From contig NC_013849.1 in the NCBI RefSeq assembly GCF_000025505.1, positions 1,200,001 to 1,232,000 of the forward strand: a DNA stretch of 32,000 bases. Direction: 5' to 3'. Made by a program: the position numbers and the translations under genes. The notes beneath the pieces were generated by a model that was not told the origin of the DNA, searched no databases, and worked only from the letters and a program-made list of their open reading frames with translations. Positions within the stretch are counted from its first letter, which is position 1; every line of letters begins with the position of its first letter. This stretch comes from Ferroglobus placidus DSM 10642 (GTDB taxonomy: Archaea > Halobacteriota > Archaeoglobi > Archaeoglobales > Archaeoglobaceae). Of this stretch, positions 17,272 to 25,904 are shown piece after piece.

Positions 17272-17678
17272 GATTTCACCTCCTCGTAAGCTAAAACTCC
17301 GTGGGGGCAGTAATTAGCGCAATATCCGCAGTGAACGCAAACAGCTGGCTTTCCGTTCTCTTGCCTGAAAATAGCTCCGATAGTGCAAGCTTCCATGCAG
17401 TTTCCGCAGGCTATGCACAAATCCTCCTTAAAGAAGACTCCTCCTCCCTTTCTCGGTGTCATTGCTCCCGTCGGACAAACCTGAGCACAAGGCGGCTCGC
17501 TGCAAGCCCTGCAGAATATTATCGTTGCACCCCTTTCAAATCCGCTCAAGCTTACGGCTAAAATTCCCGATTTACTCACTCCAATTTCTGGATCTCTTGC
17601 ATTTCTTCTACTGCACGCGTACATGCAAAGCCCACAACCGACGCACTTTTCCAAGTCTTTTATCACGAGTCTTTTCAT
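17268..17678 (-). CDS. 4Fe-4S ferredoxin-type electron carrier (AOR-associated)
   Basis: 136 aa; CVGCGLCMYACSRRNA, CRACSEPPCAQVCP, CIACGNCMEACTIGAI, CVHCGYCANYCPHGVL; overlaps AOR gene by 4 bp. Confidence 0.92.
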   Translation of the reverse strand: MKRLVIKDLEKCVGCGLCMYACSRRNARDPEIGVSKSGILAVSLSGFERGATIIFCRACSEPPCAQVCPTGAMTPRKGGGVFFKEDLCIACGNCMEACTIGAIFRQENGKPAVCVHCGYCANYCPHGVLAYEEVKS

Positions 17679-17730
17679 AACGAAATTATAACTTATTCAG
17701 CTCAGATAAATTCGTTTCGATGATAGGTTT

Positions 17731-17779
17731 AAAATCTATCACGATTTGTTACCCACACACCCCTTTGTTTCCTGTGGAA
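17731..17779 (-). repeat. 49-bp dispersed repeat, copy A
   Basis: Minus strand ttccacaggaaacaaaggggtgtgtgggtaacaaatcgtgatagatttt matches 27968-28016 (plus) with 2 mismatches. Confidence 0.93.
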
Positions 17780-17950
17780 GCACACCAGCTTTGCCATGCT
17801 TTAAACCAATCACAAAAAAAAGACGTTAGATGTTTGATTTTTAACTTTCCAGTGAAGAAATTAACAATTTTAGCTTTATCTAACTTTAAATTCGTTTTTA
17901 CTTTCCACCAGAAATTCAATCCGAAAACAGTTATCTACGTTGACATCAGC

Positions 17951-18313
17951 TACAAAATCGAGTTCGAGAAGAAAATAGAGGACGTGGACGTTCACTTCTT
18001 CGGTCTCGCTTCCGGAGATTTGAATCCGATTCACTTCGACGAAGAGGTTGCTTCGAAGACGAAGTTTAAGGGAAGAGTCGTCCACGGAATGCTCACCACA
18101 AGCTTAGTTTCGGCAGCCGTAGCAAGAATGCCGGGGATAGTAGTTCTGCTCGAAGCCTGCTTCAAATATACGAAGCCGGTGAGGATCGGCGACACCGTTA
18201 AAGTTGTTGGAGAAGTTGTTGAAAAAGAGAAGAATAGATACAAACTCGATGTAAAATGCTTCGTAGGTGAAAACGTCGTGGCTGAGGGTTACGCAAAAGT
18301 TTTGCTCTGGTAG
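17951..18313 (+). pseudogene. 5'-truncated second copy of the MaoC/PhaJ-like gene
   Basis: Translation from YKIEFEKKIEDVDV to VLLW* identical to 9276-9638; lacks the ~29 N-terminal residues; frame is fused to unrelated upstream sequence from 17720. Nucleotides 17951-18312 are the second copy of the exact direct repeat. Confidence 0.85.
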
Positions 18314-18401
18314 ATTTAAGGTATTCGTTACCCTCCACCTTCAACGACACTCTTTTTCTCTGAGCAGACAGCTCGCTATTTTACAAATTCGACTGAAAGT
18401 A

Positions 18402-18474
18402 CGCCCCGGCCGGGATTCGAACCCGGGTCGAGGGTTCCGGAGACCCTCAGGATGTCCGCCTACCCCACCGGGGC
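18402..18474 (-). tRNA. tRNA-Arg (anticodon CCG)
   Basis: Minus strand GCCCCGGTGGGGTAGGCGGACATCCTGAGGGTCTCCGGAACCCTCGACCCGGGTTCGAATCCCGGCCGGGGCG; acceptor 7 bp, anticodon stem AGGGT/ACCCT with loop CTCCGGA. Confidence 0.93.
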
Positions 18475-18622
18475 TGTAGTTATTCCTACCTCCTCATTAT
18501 TTCAGAATTTCTCTGCGAATGATACTTTATGAATTTTTACACAATCACGCGTTTTGAATTGCGTTATTATCTGGAGTTACTTGCAATCCGTGGAGAAAAT
18601 TTTTTATCGAAAACTTTGAAAA

Positions 18623-20878
18623 TTGAAGTTTGTGAAAGAAGACGCTCTCTCCCCGGTCGTCGGATTCATATTAATCATCCAGATCCTGATAATTTTTCTC
18701 ACTCTCGTGCAGACAGTTTTCATACCCGACCATCTCAAAAAAATTGAGGCTGATAATGTTGAAAAGCTAAGAGGAGAGGTCGAAAAGTTTTCAGCCCTTG
18801 CATCGTCCGGAGAAAGGGCTTACATGCTCGTAACTCTTCCAGACTATCCAGAATACCTTTTTCTTTTAACTCCCGAGCCAGCTGGCTCTTCAATTTACGC
18901 CGAGGAATTCAACATAACTCTAAAGTACACCGAGGTTCTTCCGAACGGAACTAAAGTGGACGTTTTGAAAAATTTGAAGAGTAGCAGAATTTACGTTAGG
19001 GTGGAGAACTACTACTATCCCGACGTCACTTTCATCTTCGAAAACGGAGCGATTTTTCAAAAGCAGGACAAGGCGATAGTTGCTGTTGGAGATCAAGCTC
19101 TAATTAACTCTGAAATTAAACTAACGATTCTAAAAGGCAACTTATCTTTAGCCTACAACACACCGAAAGAGATAGCTTTTCAACTGGTTTCCACGGGAGG
19201 ATTCGTTTACGGAGAGAACATTTCGATAACCTTCGAAAGCGTGAACCCAGATTTCTGGAGAAAATACGGAAGCGTGAGCGGAAATATCGTGACGATTAAC
19301 GCTTCGAGCGGAGTGATTAGGATAAACGTTTACGCTTTCGAAGGAGAAAGCGTTAGCAGAAAACCCTACAGACTCCTCAAACTCAATCCCTTCGACGAAT
19401 ATACAGTTGCGAAGGGAGACGTAAAGGAGTTCGGCGTAATTCTTCTGGACAGATTTAACAACCCGGTTGTTGGAGAGACCGTCAATGTTAGCGTTACCGG
19501 AGGAATTGGGACTGTAGACGGTTTACCATCGATAAGCAAGGTAACTGATTCTGCCGGAAGAGTTTACGTGAGTTTCAAAGCTACGAGCTCTGGAGAAGGC
19601 ACTGTTACGTTTGAAGTAGGAAATCTGAGCGCATCTTACTCCATAAAAGTCGTCGCTCCGCAAGTTTCTGGAGCTTCTCTGATCAACGTGGAGTGGTTGA
19701 ACAAAGCGAACCTCGAAAGTCCCTGGGATGCTTATTTGGAGGGAAGAAGAGTTTTAAGCGTAAAAGTTTACGATCAGGACTTACAGCCAATTCCAGACAT
19801 CGATGTAAAATTCGTTGTGACGAACTCTTCTGTCGTAGAATTAAATGCAACTGTTGCGAGAACGAATTCGAGCGGTATTGCAAGTGTAGAGGCTTATCCT
19901 TTAGCCAACGGAACCACCAAGGTTTACGCATTTGCTGGAGACGCTGGAGACGTTCTGAATCTAACAATCATAAACGTAACGAGACCTCCCTGGGTTTACC
20001 CCGGCTGGAAGTACAGAGTCCCAATTTACGTCGAGGAGCTTTCAGGAAACGACCTCATCGATTACCAAATTCTCGTTACGCTCGACGCAAGCTTCAACTG
20101 GAGTCATGCCAAATCTGATGGTTCAGATATTAGGTTTGCTGACAAGAATGGAAATCCAATCCCGTACTGGATTGAAAGCTGGAATTATGGTTCATCCGCA
20201 AAAATCTGGGTGAAGCTGAATATAACTGCTAACGAGAATAAAACAATTTACATGTATTATGGAAATGCAAGTGCCACGAGTGAGAGTGACGGTGATAACG
20301 TTTTTGACTTCTTCGACGATTTTACCACTACAAATTTGAACACCTCTAAATGGACAGTTGTTGACCAAATTCCTAGTATCCAACACTCAATACTCATACT
20401 TACTGGCGGTGACAGTATTGATGCTATTAAAACTCTTAAAAGCTTTAGTCCGCCCATTGCTATTCACTACTATCTAGCTCCATCAGAAACAAGTGGTGAC
20501 TGGGATACTGGAATAGGATTCGGCAAATCTCGAAACAATATGTTAAGATTTACTGATGATACTATAAGTTCTTGGAGAAATTATTTAACAATTCATTACA
20601 AGGGTTGGTGGTCAGACACTATTGAAATACAAACTCCAAGATCTGACTATACAACATTTCACGAGTATCAAGTAATAGTTACAAATAGTGGATCGATATT
20701 TAAGGATCTGACTGATGAAAGGGGGAATCCTTCCCAGTACTCTCTGAACAATGGAAACATTTGGCTCGTTTCAGATAATGATAATTCGGGAAATCAGGGA
20801 TTGTTTGACTGGATCTTTGTTAGAAAATACGTAAATCCAGAACCAAAAGTAACAATCGGTCAAGAAGAGAAATATTAG
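18623..20878 (+). CDS. Large surface/secreted protein: pilin-like N-terminal segment, Ig-like repeats, DUF2341-like domain and C-terminal lectin-like domain
   Basis: N-term EDALSPVVGFILIIQILIIFLTLVQTVF; Big_1-like repeats (VYDQDLQPIPDIDVKFVVTNSS...); DYQILVTLDASFNWSHAKSDGSDIRFADKNGNPIPYWIESW...IYMYYGNASATSESDGDNVFDFFDDF (DUF2341-like). Confidence 0.85.
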   Translation: MKFVKEDALSPVVGFILIIQILIIFLTLVQTVFIPDHLKKIEADNVEKLRGEVEKFSALASSGERAYMLVTLPDYPEYLFLLTPEPAGSSIYAEEFNITLKYTEVLPNGTKVDVLKNLKSSRIYVRVENYYYPDVTFIFENGAIFQKQDKAIVAVGDQALINSEIKLTILKGNLSLAYNTPKEIAFQLVSTGGFVYGENISITFESVNPDFWRKYGSVSGNIVTINASSGVIRINVYAFEGESVSRKPYRLLKLNPFDEYTVAKGDVKEFGVILLDRFNNPVVGETVNVSVTGGIGTVDGLPSISKVTDSAGRVYVSFKATSSGEGTVTFEVGNLSASYSIKVVAPQVSGASLINVEWLNKANLESPWDAYLEGRRVLSVKVYDQDLQPIPDIDVKFVVTNSSVVELNATVARTNSSGIASVEAYPLANGTTKVYAFAGDAGDVLNLTIINVTRPPWVYPGWKYRVPIYVEELSGNDLIDYQILVTLDASFNWSHAKSDGSDIRFADKNGNPIPYWIESWNYGSSAKIWVKLNITANENKTIYMYYGNASATSESDGDNVFDFFDDFTTTNLNTSKWTVVDQIPSIQHSILILTGGDSIDAIKTLKSFSPPIAIHYYLAPSETSGDWDTGIGFGKSRNNMLRFTDDTISSWRNYLTIHYKGWWSDTIEIQTPRSDYTTFHEYQVIVTNSGSIFKDLTDERGNPSQYSLNNGNIWLVSDNDNSGNQGLFDWIFVRKYVNPEPKVTIGQEEKY

Positions 20879-20886
20879 GTGAGAAC

Positions 20887-21243
20887 GTGGAATTTCTAAA
20901 AAAGAATGCGAAGAAGTTTCTGGAAAAAGCTGAGGAAAGCTTTGAAAAGGGAGAATACAATTTCGTAATGTTTTTCGTTGAACAGTTCTTTCAGTTGATT
21001 TTGAAGTTTCTTATTGCTAAAAAGTTTGGTGAATTTCCGAAAACGCACAATTTCAAGATTCTTTTCGAACTAACGGAGGATGAAACCCTAATGAAATTTT
21101 ACCGAGAAAATCTTGATCTGCTGAGGGAGATAGAGTTGTCGTACGTAGCTTCTCGATGTTTCGATGTCGAGTACTCTAAAAACGTAGCCGAAAGGAGTTT
21201 AAACCTTGCAAAAACGTTTTTAAGGGTGATAAAAGTTGATTAA
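20887..21243 (+). CDS. HEPN-domain protein
   Basis: 118 aa; FLEKAEESFEKGEYNFVMFFVEQFFQLILKFLIAKKFGEFPKTHNFKILF; GTG start; paired with MNT gene. Confidence 0.8.
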   Translation: MEFLKKNAKKFLEKAEESFEKGEYNFVMFFVEQFFQLILKFLIAKKFGEFPKTHNFKILFELTEDETLMKFYRENLDLLREIELSYVASRCFDVEYSKNVAERSLNLAKTFLRVIKVD

Positions 21244-21571
21244 AAAGTACTTCGAAGTGCTTAAAAAAAATAGAGAGCTTTTCGAGAAAGCAGATGAAAT
21301 TGCGAGAGAGGTGAAGGAGAGGGCGAAAAAGTTGTTTGATGATTGCGAAGTATACATAGTTGGAAGTTATGCGAAAAAGGAGTTCACGTTGTCTTCCGAT
21401 CTCGACATCCTAATCGTTTCGAGCAAAATTCCCGAAAAGTTCAGCTTCGAATGGTATTCCGAAATTGTAAAGTCCCTTACCGACGACAACCGAATAAATA
21501 TTCATCTCGTTAGCAGGAAAAAGTTCGACAACTTAAAAAGTCTTTACCGACCGAGAATTCCGGTAGATTAA
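21236..21571 (+). CDS. MNT-type nucleotidyltransferase domain protein
   Basis: 111 aa; YIVGSYAKKEFTLSSDLDILIVS (GSxxxGxxxxxSDxDL-type motif); 8 bp overlap with HEPN gene. Confidence 0.88.
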   Translation: MIKKYFEVLKKNRELFEKADEIAREVKERAKKLFDDCEVYIVGSYAKKEFTLSSDLDILIVSSKIPEKFSFEWYSEIVKSLTDDNRINIHLVSRKKFDNLKSLYRPRIPVD

Positions 21572-21711
21572 AAGAAAGTTTCAGGTTTGTTGGAAATACT
21601 GTCGAGAGCTTAAGTAAATCAAGCCAATTTTTTTACCACGCAAAAATTTGCCAGAGAACTCGTTTTGAAGAAGAAAAACGTTTTAAATTACCTTAACGCT
21701 AACCTAAAAAC

Positions 21712-23409
21712 ATGAGCGAGATCATGGAAATGCTCGTCAGAAGAGGCTTTCTCTGGCAGTCTTTCGAAATCTACGGAGGAATGGCGGGTTTCATCGATTA
21801 CGGTCCTTTAGGAAATGCGGTAAGAAGAAAACTCGAAAACCTTTGGAGAAAGTACTTCGTTATCAACGAAAGGAGCGTTGAAATAGACACGCCGACGATA
21901 GGTGTCGAAGAGGTTTTCATAGCTTCCGGGCATGCAGAAGGTTTTACGGACGTTGCCATCGAATGCGAAAGCTGTGGGAGGGTTTTCCGAGCGGATCACT
22001 ACATAAAGGAGAAGCTGAACATCGAAGTTGATCCGACGATAGAGAGGGTTTGGGACGTTATCGTTGAATTCAACTTGAAGTGCGAGTGCGGTGGAAACTT
22101 CAAAAAACCTTTCCACTTCAACCTAATGTTCGAAACGAAAATTGGTCCCGGAAAAGGTAAAAAAGGTTATCTCCGCCCGGAAACGGCGCAGGGAATTTTC
22201 ATAGCATTCAAAAGACTTTCGAACTACTTTAGAGACAAGTTGCCCTTCGGCGTTGCTCAGATTGGAAGAGCTTACAGAAACGAGATTAGTCCGAGACAAG
22301 GGGTAATAAGGCTGAGAGAGTTCAATCAGGCGGAATTAGAGTTTTTCTGCCATCCGGGAGAGAAAAAACACCCGGAGTTTTACAAGTACGCCAACGATGT
22401 CGTCACTCTCGTGGACAAGTTCGATAAAGAACATAGAGTTACGTTGAAGGAAGCTGTTGAGAGGGGTATAATAGCTCACGAGCTTTTAGCGTACTTTATT
22501 GGAAAAACGAGAAGATTTCTCCTCGAAGCCGGAGTTAAGGACGAGAAGCTCCGCTTCAGACAGCACAAGGATGATGAGAGAGCCCATTATGCCGTAGATT
22601 GCTGGGACGCTGAAGCTTTAACGTCTTACGGCTGGGTTGAAATTGTGGGAATCGCTGACAGAAGCGACTATGACTTAAGTAGACATACGAAGTTCAGCGG
22701 CGAAGATTTGAGCGTTTTCGTTCCGTTTAAGGAGCCAATAAAAGTAAAGAGGAAGAAAGTCGTTCCGAATTTGGCTAAACTCGGACCGGTTTACAAGGAC
22801 AAAGCTAAAAAGATAGCCGAAGAGCTTGAGAAAATAGAAAACGCTGGAGACGAGATCGAAGTTGTAGTTGACGGAGAGAAGATAAAGCTCTCCAAAGAGT
22901 TCTACGAGGTAAAGGAAGTTGAAGAGGAGGTGCACGGAGAGAGGATAATACCGCACGTTGTAGAGCCTTCGTTCGGATTGGACAGAATTACCTACGTCTT
23001 GCTCGAGCACGCCTTCGATAAAGATGTGGTTGACGGAGAGGAGAGGAGAGTGCTGAGACTGAAGAGATGGATGGCTCCGATAGACGTGGCTGTGCTACCC
23101 CTCCTTTCGAGAGAAGAGTTCCAGAAAAAGGCTCTGGAAATCGTGGAAATGCTGAGAGAAAACGGAATTTACACCGAATACGACGATTCCGGAAGTATAG
23201 GAAGGAGGTACAGAAGATTCGACGAAGTAGGAGTTCCTTTCTGCGTTACCGTGGATCATCAAACTTTTGAAGACGATACGGTGACTATAAGGGACAGGGA
23301 CACGACGAAGCAGGTGAGAGTTAAAGTAGAAGAGCTCGTAGGGGTTCTGAAGGAATTGCTTAACAGCGAAAAGAGCATAGAAGAGTTTGGCGAAATTTTC
23401 AAAGCTTAA
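21712..23409 (+). CDS. glyS: Glycyl-tRNA synthetase (alpha2, archaeal/eukaryotic type)
   Basis: 565 aa; RRGFLWQSFEIYGGMAGFIDYGPLG; LRPETAQGIFIAFKRLSNYFRDKLPFGVAQIGRAYRNEISPRQGVIRLREFNQAE; VVEPSFGLDRI. Confidence 0.96.
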   Translation: MSEIMEMLVRRGFLWQSFEIYGGMAGFIDYGPLGNAVRRKLENLWRKYFVINERSVEIDTPTIGVEEVFIASGHAEGFTDVAIECESCGRVFRADHYIKEKLNIEVDPTIERVWDVIVEFNLKCECGGNFKKPFHFNLMFETKIGPGKGKKGYLRPETAQGIFIAFKRLSNYFRDKLPFGVAQIGRAYRNEISPRQGVIRLREFNQAELEFFCHPGEKKHPEFYKYANDVVTLVDKFDKEHRVTLKEAVERGIIAHELLAYFIGKTRRFLLEAGVKDEKLRFRQHKDDERAHYAVDCWDAEALTSYGWVEIVGIADRSDYDLSRHTKFSGEDLSVFVPFKEPIKVKRKKVVPNLAKLGPVYKDKAKKIAEELEKIENAGDEIEVVVDGEKIKLSKEFYEVKEVEEEVHGERIIPHVVEPSFGLDRITYVLLEHAFDKDVVDGEERRVLRLKRWMAPIDVAVLPLLSREEFQKKALEIVEMLRENGIYTEYDDSGSIGRRYRRFDEVGVPFCVTVDHQTFEDDTVTIRDRDTTKQVRVKVEELVGVLKELLNSEKSIEEFGEIFKA

Positions 23410-23813
23410 GAACTTCTCAGCTTTTTTAACCTCTCGCTCAACTCAACAATTTCGTTGAGAATTGAAATGATTTCCTCCATTTCTCTCAAGCTGTCGGCTT
23501 TGACGAGCTTTTCTGAAAGCTTCTTCATAACCTCCGTCAAATTTTCCTCGACGTAATCGAAATTTGCATTAAACCTCGCTTTCGTAGGCACTTCTTCCGC
23601 AATTTTTTCGACGACCTTCTCCGTTTCTTCCTTAATCTCTCCGATTTTTTTCACGTGATTCTCCACGATCTCGTACTCCACTTTACATCCAGGGCAGAAA
23701 GTCTTACCTTCGTGCTTGAACAAAGGCAATCCACAATCTTGGCAGTGAAACTGAAGCATTTTCGCTCCTTTGTAGAGAAGTTCAGCTGCTTCCGAAATTT
23801 TTTTATCCTCCAT
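23406..23813 (-). CDS. UPF0148 / Sjogren-scleroderma autoantigen 1-like zinc-ribbon protein
   Basis: MEDKKISEAAELLYKGAKMLQFHCQDCGLPLFKHEGKTFCPGCKVEYEIV; start set to internal ATG at 23813. Confidence 0.8.
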   Translation of the reverse strand: MEDKKISEAAELLYKGAKMLQFHCQDCGLPLFKHEGKTFCPGCKVEYEIVENHVKKIGEIKEETEKVVEKIAEEVPTKARFNANFDYVEENLTEVMKKLSEKLVKADSLREMEEIISILNEIVELSERLKKLRSS

Positions 23814-23861
23814 GGGTTTATTAGCGAACAAAGTGTAAATTTCTTTTTCGGAGGTGATGAT

Positions 23862-24113
23862 ATGAACGAAGCTCTGAAGAATGCGTTGGACATTCTGAAT
23901 AAGATAATCCACGACGATTCCGTTCCGAGGAACGTAAGGAGAGTAGCAAGTGAAATAAAGGAGGAGCTAAGCTCGGGAGAAAACATTGCTGTGAAAGCAG
24001 CAACAGCCATTTCAACTCTTGAGGAACTTTCAGCAGATCCCAACTTACCGATGCACGTAAGAACTATGATATGGAACTTGACGAGCCAGCTTGAGAGGTT
24101 GGCTGTCGAGTAG
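23862..24113 (+). CDS. UPF0147 family protein
   Basis: 83 aa MNEALKNALDILNKIIHDDSVPRNVRRVASEIKEELSSGENIAVKAATAISTLEELSADPNLPMHVRTMIWNLTSQLE; SD ggaggtgat. Confidence 0.88.
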   Translation: MNEALKNALDILNKIIHDDSVPRNVRRVASEIKEELSSGENIAVKAATAISTLEELSADPNLPMHVRTMIWNLTSQLERLAVE

Positions 24114-24365
24114 TTTTTTATCCCGCTTTTTCTCTCCAAGTTTGATAAATTTTCAATTACTTAACTCTTCGAAGAGCTAAGTTAGTTTACAGTCTTTTTA
24201 AGACTCTGCTCGATTAACGATCGGCGGACACTTCAAACGAGCCTGTTCGGAACTCTTTTAGGCTTTCCCCCTCACGAACATGAAGGAATTTAATCCGATG
24301 GCAATGTTTCTGGACTTGTTCAGGAAACGATAACTTTTTAGTGGTAGCAATAGATTTTTAAATCG

Positions 24366-25904
24366 ATGTTTGTAACGGCAAGGCACTACTACTCACTTCT
24401 TGAGGAGTTGAGAAAAGAACTCGACATCTTAGCGGTGGAAGAAGTTTTGCCTGGCGATGAGGAAGAAATTCTGGAGGAATACTGGATCGTCGAAAATTTT
24501 GCAAAAGTTCAGATAAGGATGAATTCTCGAAACCTTAGAAAACGATATTTCTTAATAGAACCGCAGATATCGAGGGAAGAGGCAAAATTGCTTCACGTAA
24601 TCTACGAGGACGTTAGGAGAAAGCTAATTTACAGCGATGAAGAGAATTTGTTTGACTCTCTAATCAAAGCTTTGAAAAAAGTTTTGAGCGACTATTCGAT
24701 TAAAGTCGAGGACGAACTTTACGTTAAGATGCTGTACTATTTTGTGAGGGATTTTTTGGGAGTTGGTGCTGTTGAACCGATTCTGAACGATGAGAACGTC
24801 GAGGATATAAGTTGTGACGGTTACGACATTCCCGTTTTCGTTTACCACAGGAAGTACGGAAACATGCCGACGAACCTCACGTTCTCTAAAGAAGAACTTG
24901 ACAGCTACGTTCTCTCCCTTGCACAAAAAGCGAACAAGCACCTTTCTTACGCAAATCCCATCGTCGACGCCACTTTGCCTGATGGAAGCAGAATTCAAAT
25001 AACCTACGGAAGCGAAATCTCCACAAGAGGGAGCACGTTTACGATAAGAAAGTTTAGAAGCGACCCTTTTACGCCGATAGACCTTATAAACCTCGGAACG
25101 TTATCTTCTAAAATAACGGCTTACTTCTGGCTCTTGGTGGAGAACAAGAGAAGTTTTATGGTGATAGGTGAGACGGCAAGCGGAAAAACGACGACTCTCA
25201 ACGCTTTGCTCATGTTTATTCCTCCAGACAGTAAAGTTGTGTCGATCGAGGATACGAGAGAAATCCAGCTCTACCACGACAACTGGATTCCTGAAGTTAC
25301 GAGAATAAGCGTTGAAGGAACTGAAATAGATATGTACGATTTGCTAAAAGCGGCTTTAAGGCAACGACCGGATTATATCGTCGTAGGAGAAGTCAGAGGG
25401 AGAGAGGCTCAAACGCTTTTCCAAGCTATGGCAACCGGACACGCTTCATATGCGACATTTCACGCTGGAGATGTAAATCAGCTAATTTACAGACTTGAAG
25501 AAGATCCGTTGAACGTTCCGAGAGTGTTAATTCAGTTTCTCGATGCCGTGATCGTTCAGAGTCTTTGGGTGAAGAGAAACGAAAAAAAGAGGAGAGCAAA
25601 AGAAATTTTTGAAATAATTGGGCTGGATCCGACGACGAAGGAGCTAATAATTAATCCGATTTATCGCTGGGAACCATCTTTAGACAGATTCACCGAAATT
25701 TCCGTTCCAAAAACTCTTGAGAAAATTGCTGAGAGTTCCGGATTAACTATGGGGGAAATTTTCGAGGAAATAGAGGAAAGAAAAACTTTCCTTGAGATGA
25801 TGAGAGAAAAGGGAATAAGGTACTACAAAGACGTTTCGAGACTTATTGCTCTCTACTATTCGAATCCGGAAGTTGCTTTCGAGGAGTTGAGGGGATCGAC
25901 TTGA
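24366..25904 (+). CDS. Type II/IV secretion-type ATPase (GspE/FlaI/TadA-like)
   Basis: 512 aa; Walker A GETASGKTTTLNALL, VSIEDTREIQL, LRQRPDYIVVGEVRGREAQTLFQAMATGHASYATFHAGD. Confidence 0.93.
   Translation: MFVTARHYYSLLEELRKELDILAVEEVLPGDEEEILEEYWIVENFAKVQIRMNSRNLRKRYFLIEPQISREEAKLLHVIYEDVRRKLIYSDEENLFDSLIKALKKVLSDYSIKVEDELYVKMLYYFVRDFLGVGAVEPILNDENVEDISCDGYDIPVFVYHRKYGNMPTNLTFSKEELDSYVLSLAQKANKHLSYANPIVDATLPDGSRIQITYGSEISTRGSTFTIRKFRSDPFTPIDLINLGTLSSKITAYFWLLVENKRSFMVIGETASGKTTTLNALLMFIPPDSKVVSIEDTREIQLYHDNWIPEVTRISVEGTEIDMYDLLKAALRQRPDYIVVGEVRGREAQTLFQAMATGHASYATFHAGDVNQLIYRLEEDPLNVPRVLIQFLDAVIVQSLWVKRNEKKRRAKEIFEIIGLDPTTKELIINPIYRWEPSLDRFTEISVPKTLEKIAESSGLTMGEIFEEIEERKTFLEMMREKGIRYYKDVSRLIALYYSNPEVAFEELRGST

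Noticed and set aside
17731-17779. Proposal that the 49-bp repeat is a TnpB 3' end/omega-RNA scaffold
   Set aside because: The tail PQETKGxxGNKS* is suggestive only in position. There is no RuvC or zinc-finger remnant upstream in either copy, so it cannot be asserted without a database search.
17720-18313. 197-aa fusion ORF with a novel 77-aa N-terminus fused to MaoC
   Set aside because: The N-terminal part runs antisense through the 49-bp repeat and AT-rich scar, with no convincing protein character. The simpler reading is a truncated gene with an open frame upstream by chance.
18267-18479. 70-aa ORF ending RPGRDSNPGRGFRRPSGCPPTPPGL
   Set aside because: Known translation artefact of a tRNA gene (antisense tRNA-Arg T-arm).
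24814-25002. Small ORFs antisense or offset within the secretion ATPase (also 24660-24998)
   Set aside because: Covered by the strongly supported ATPase frame; shadow ORFs.
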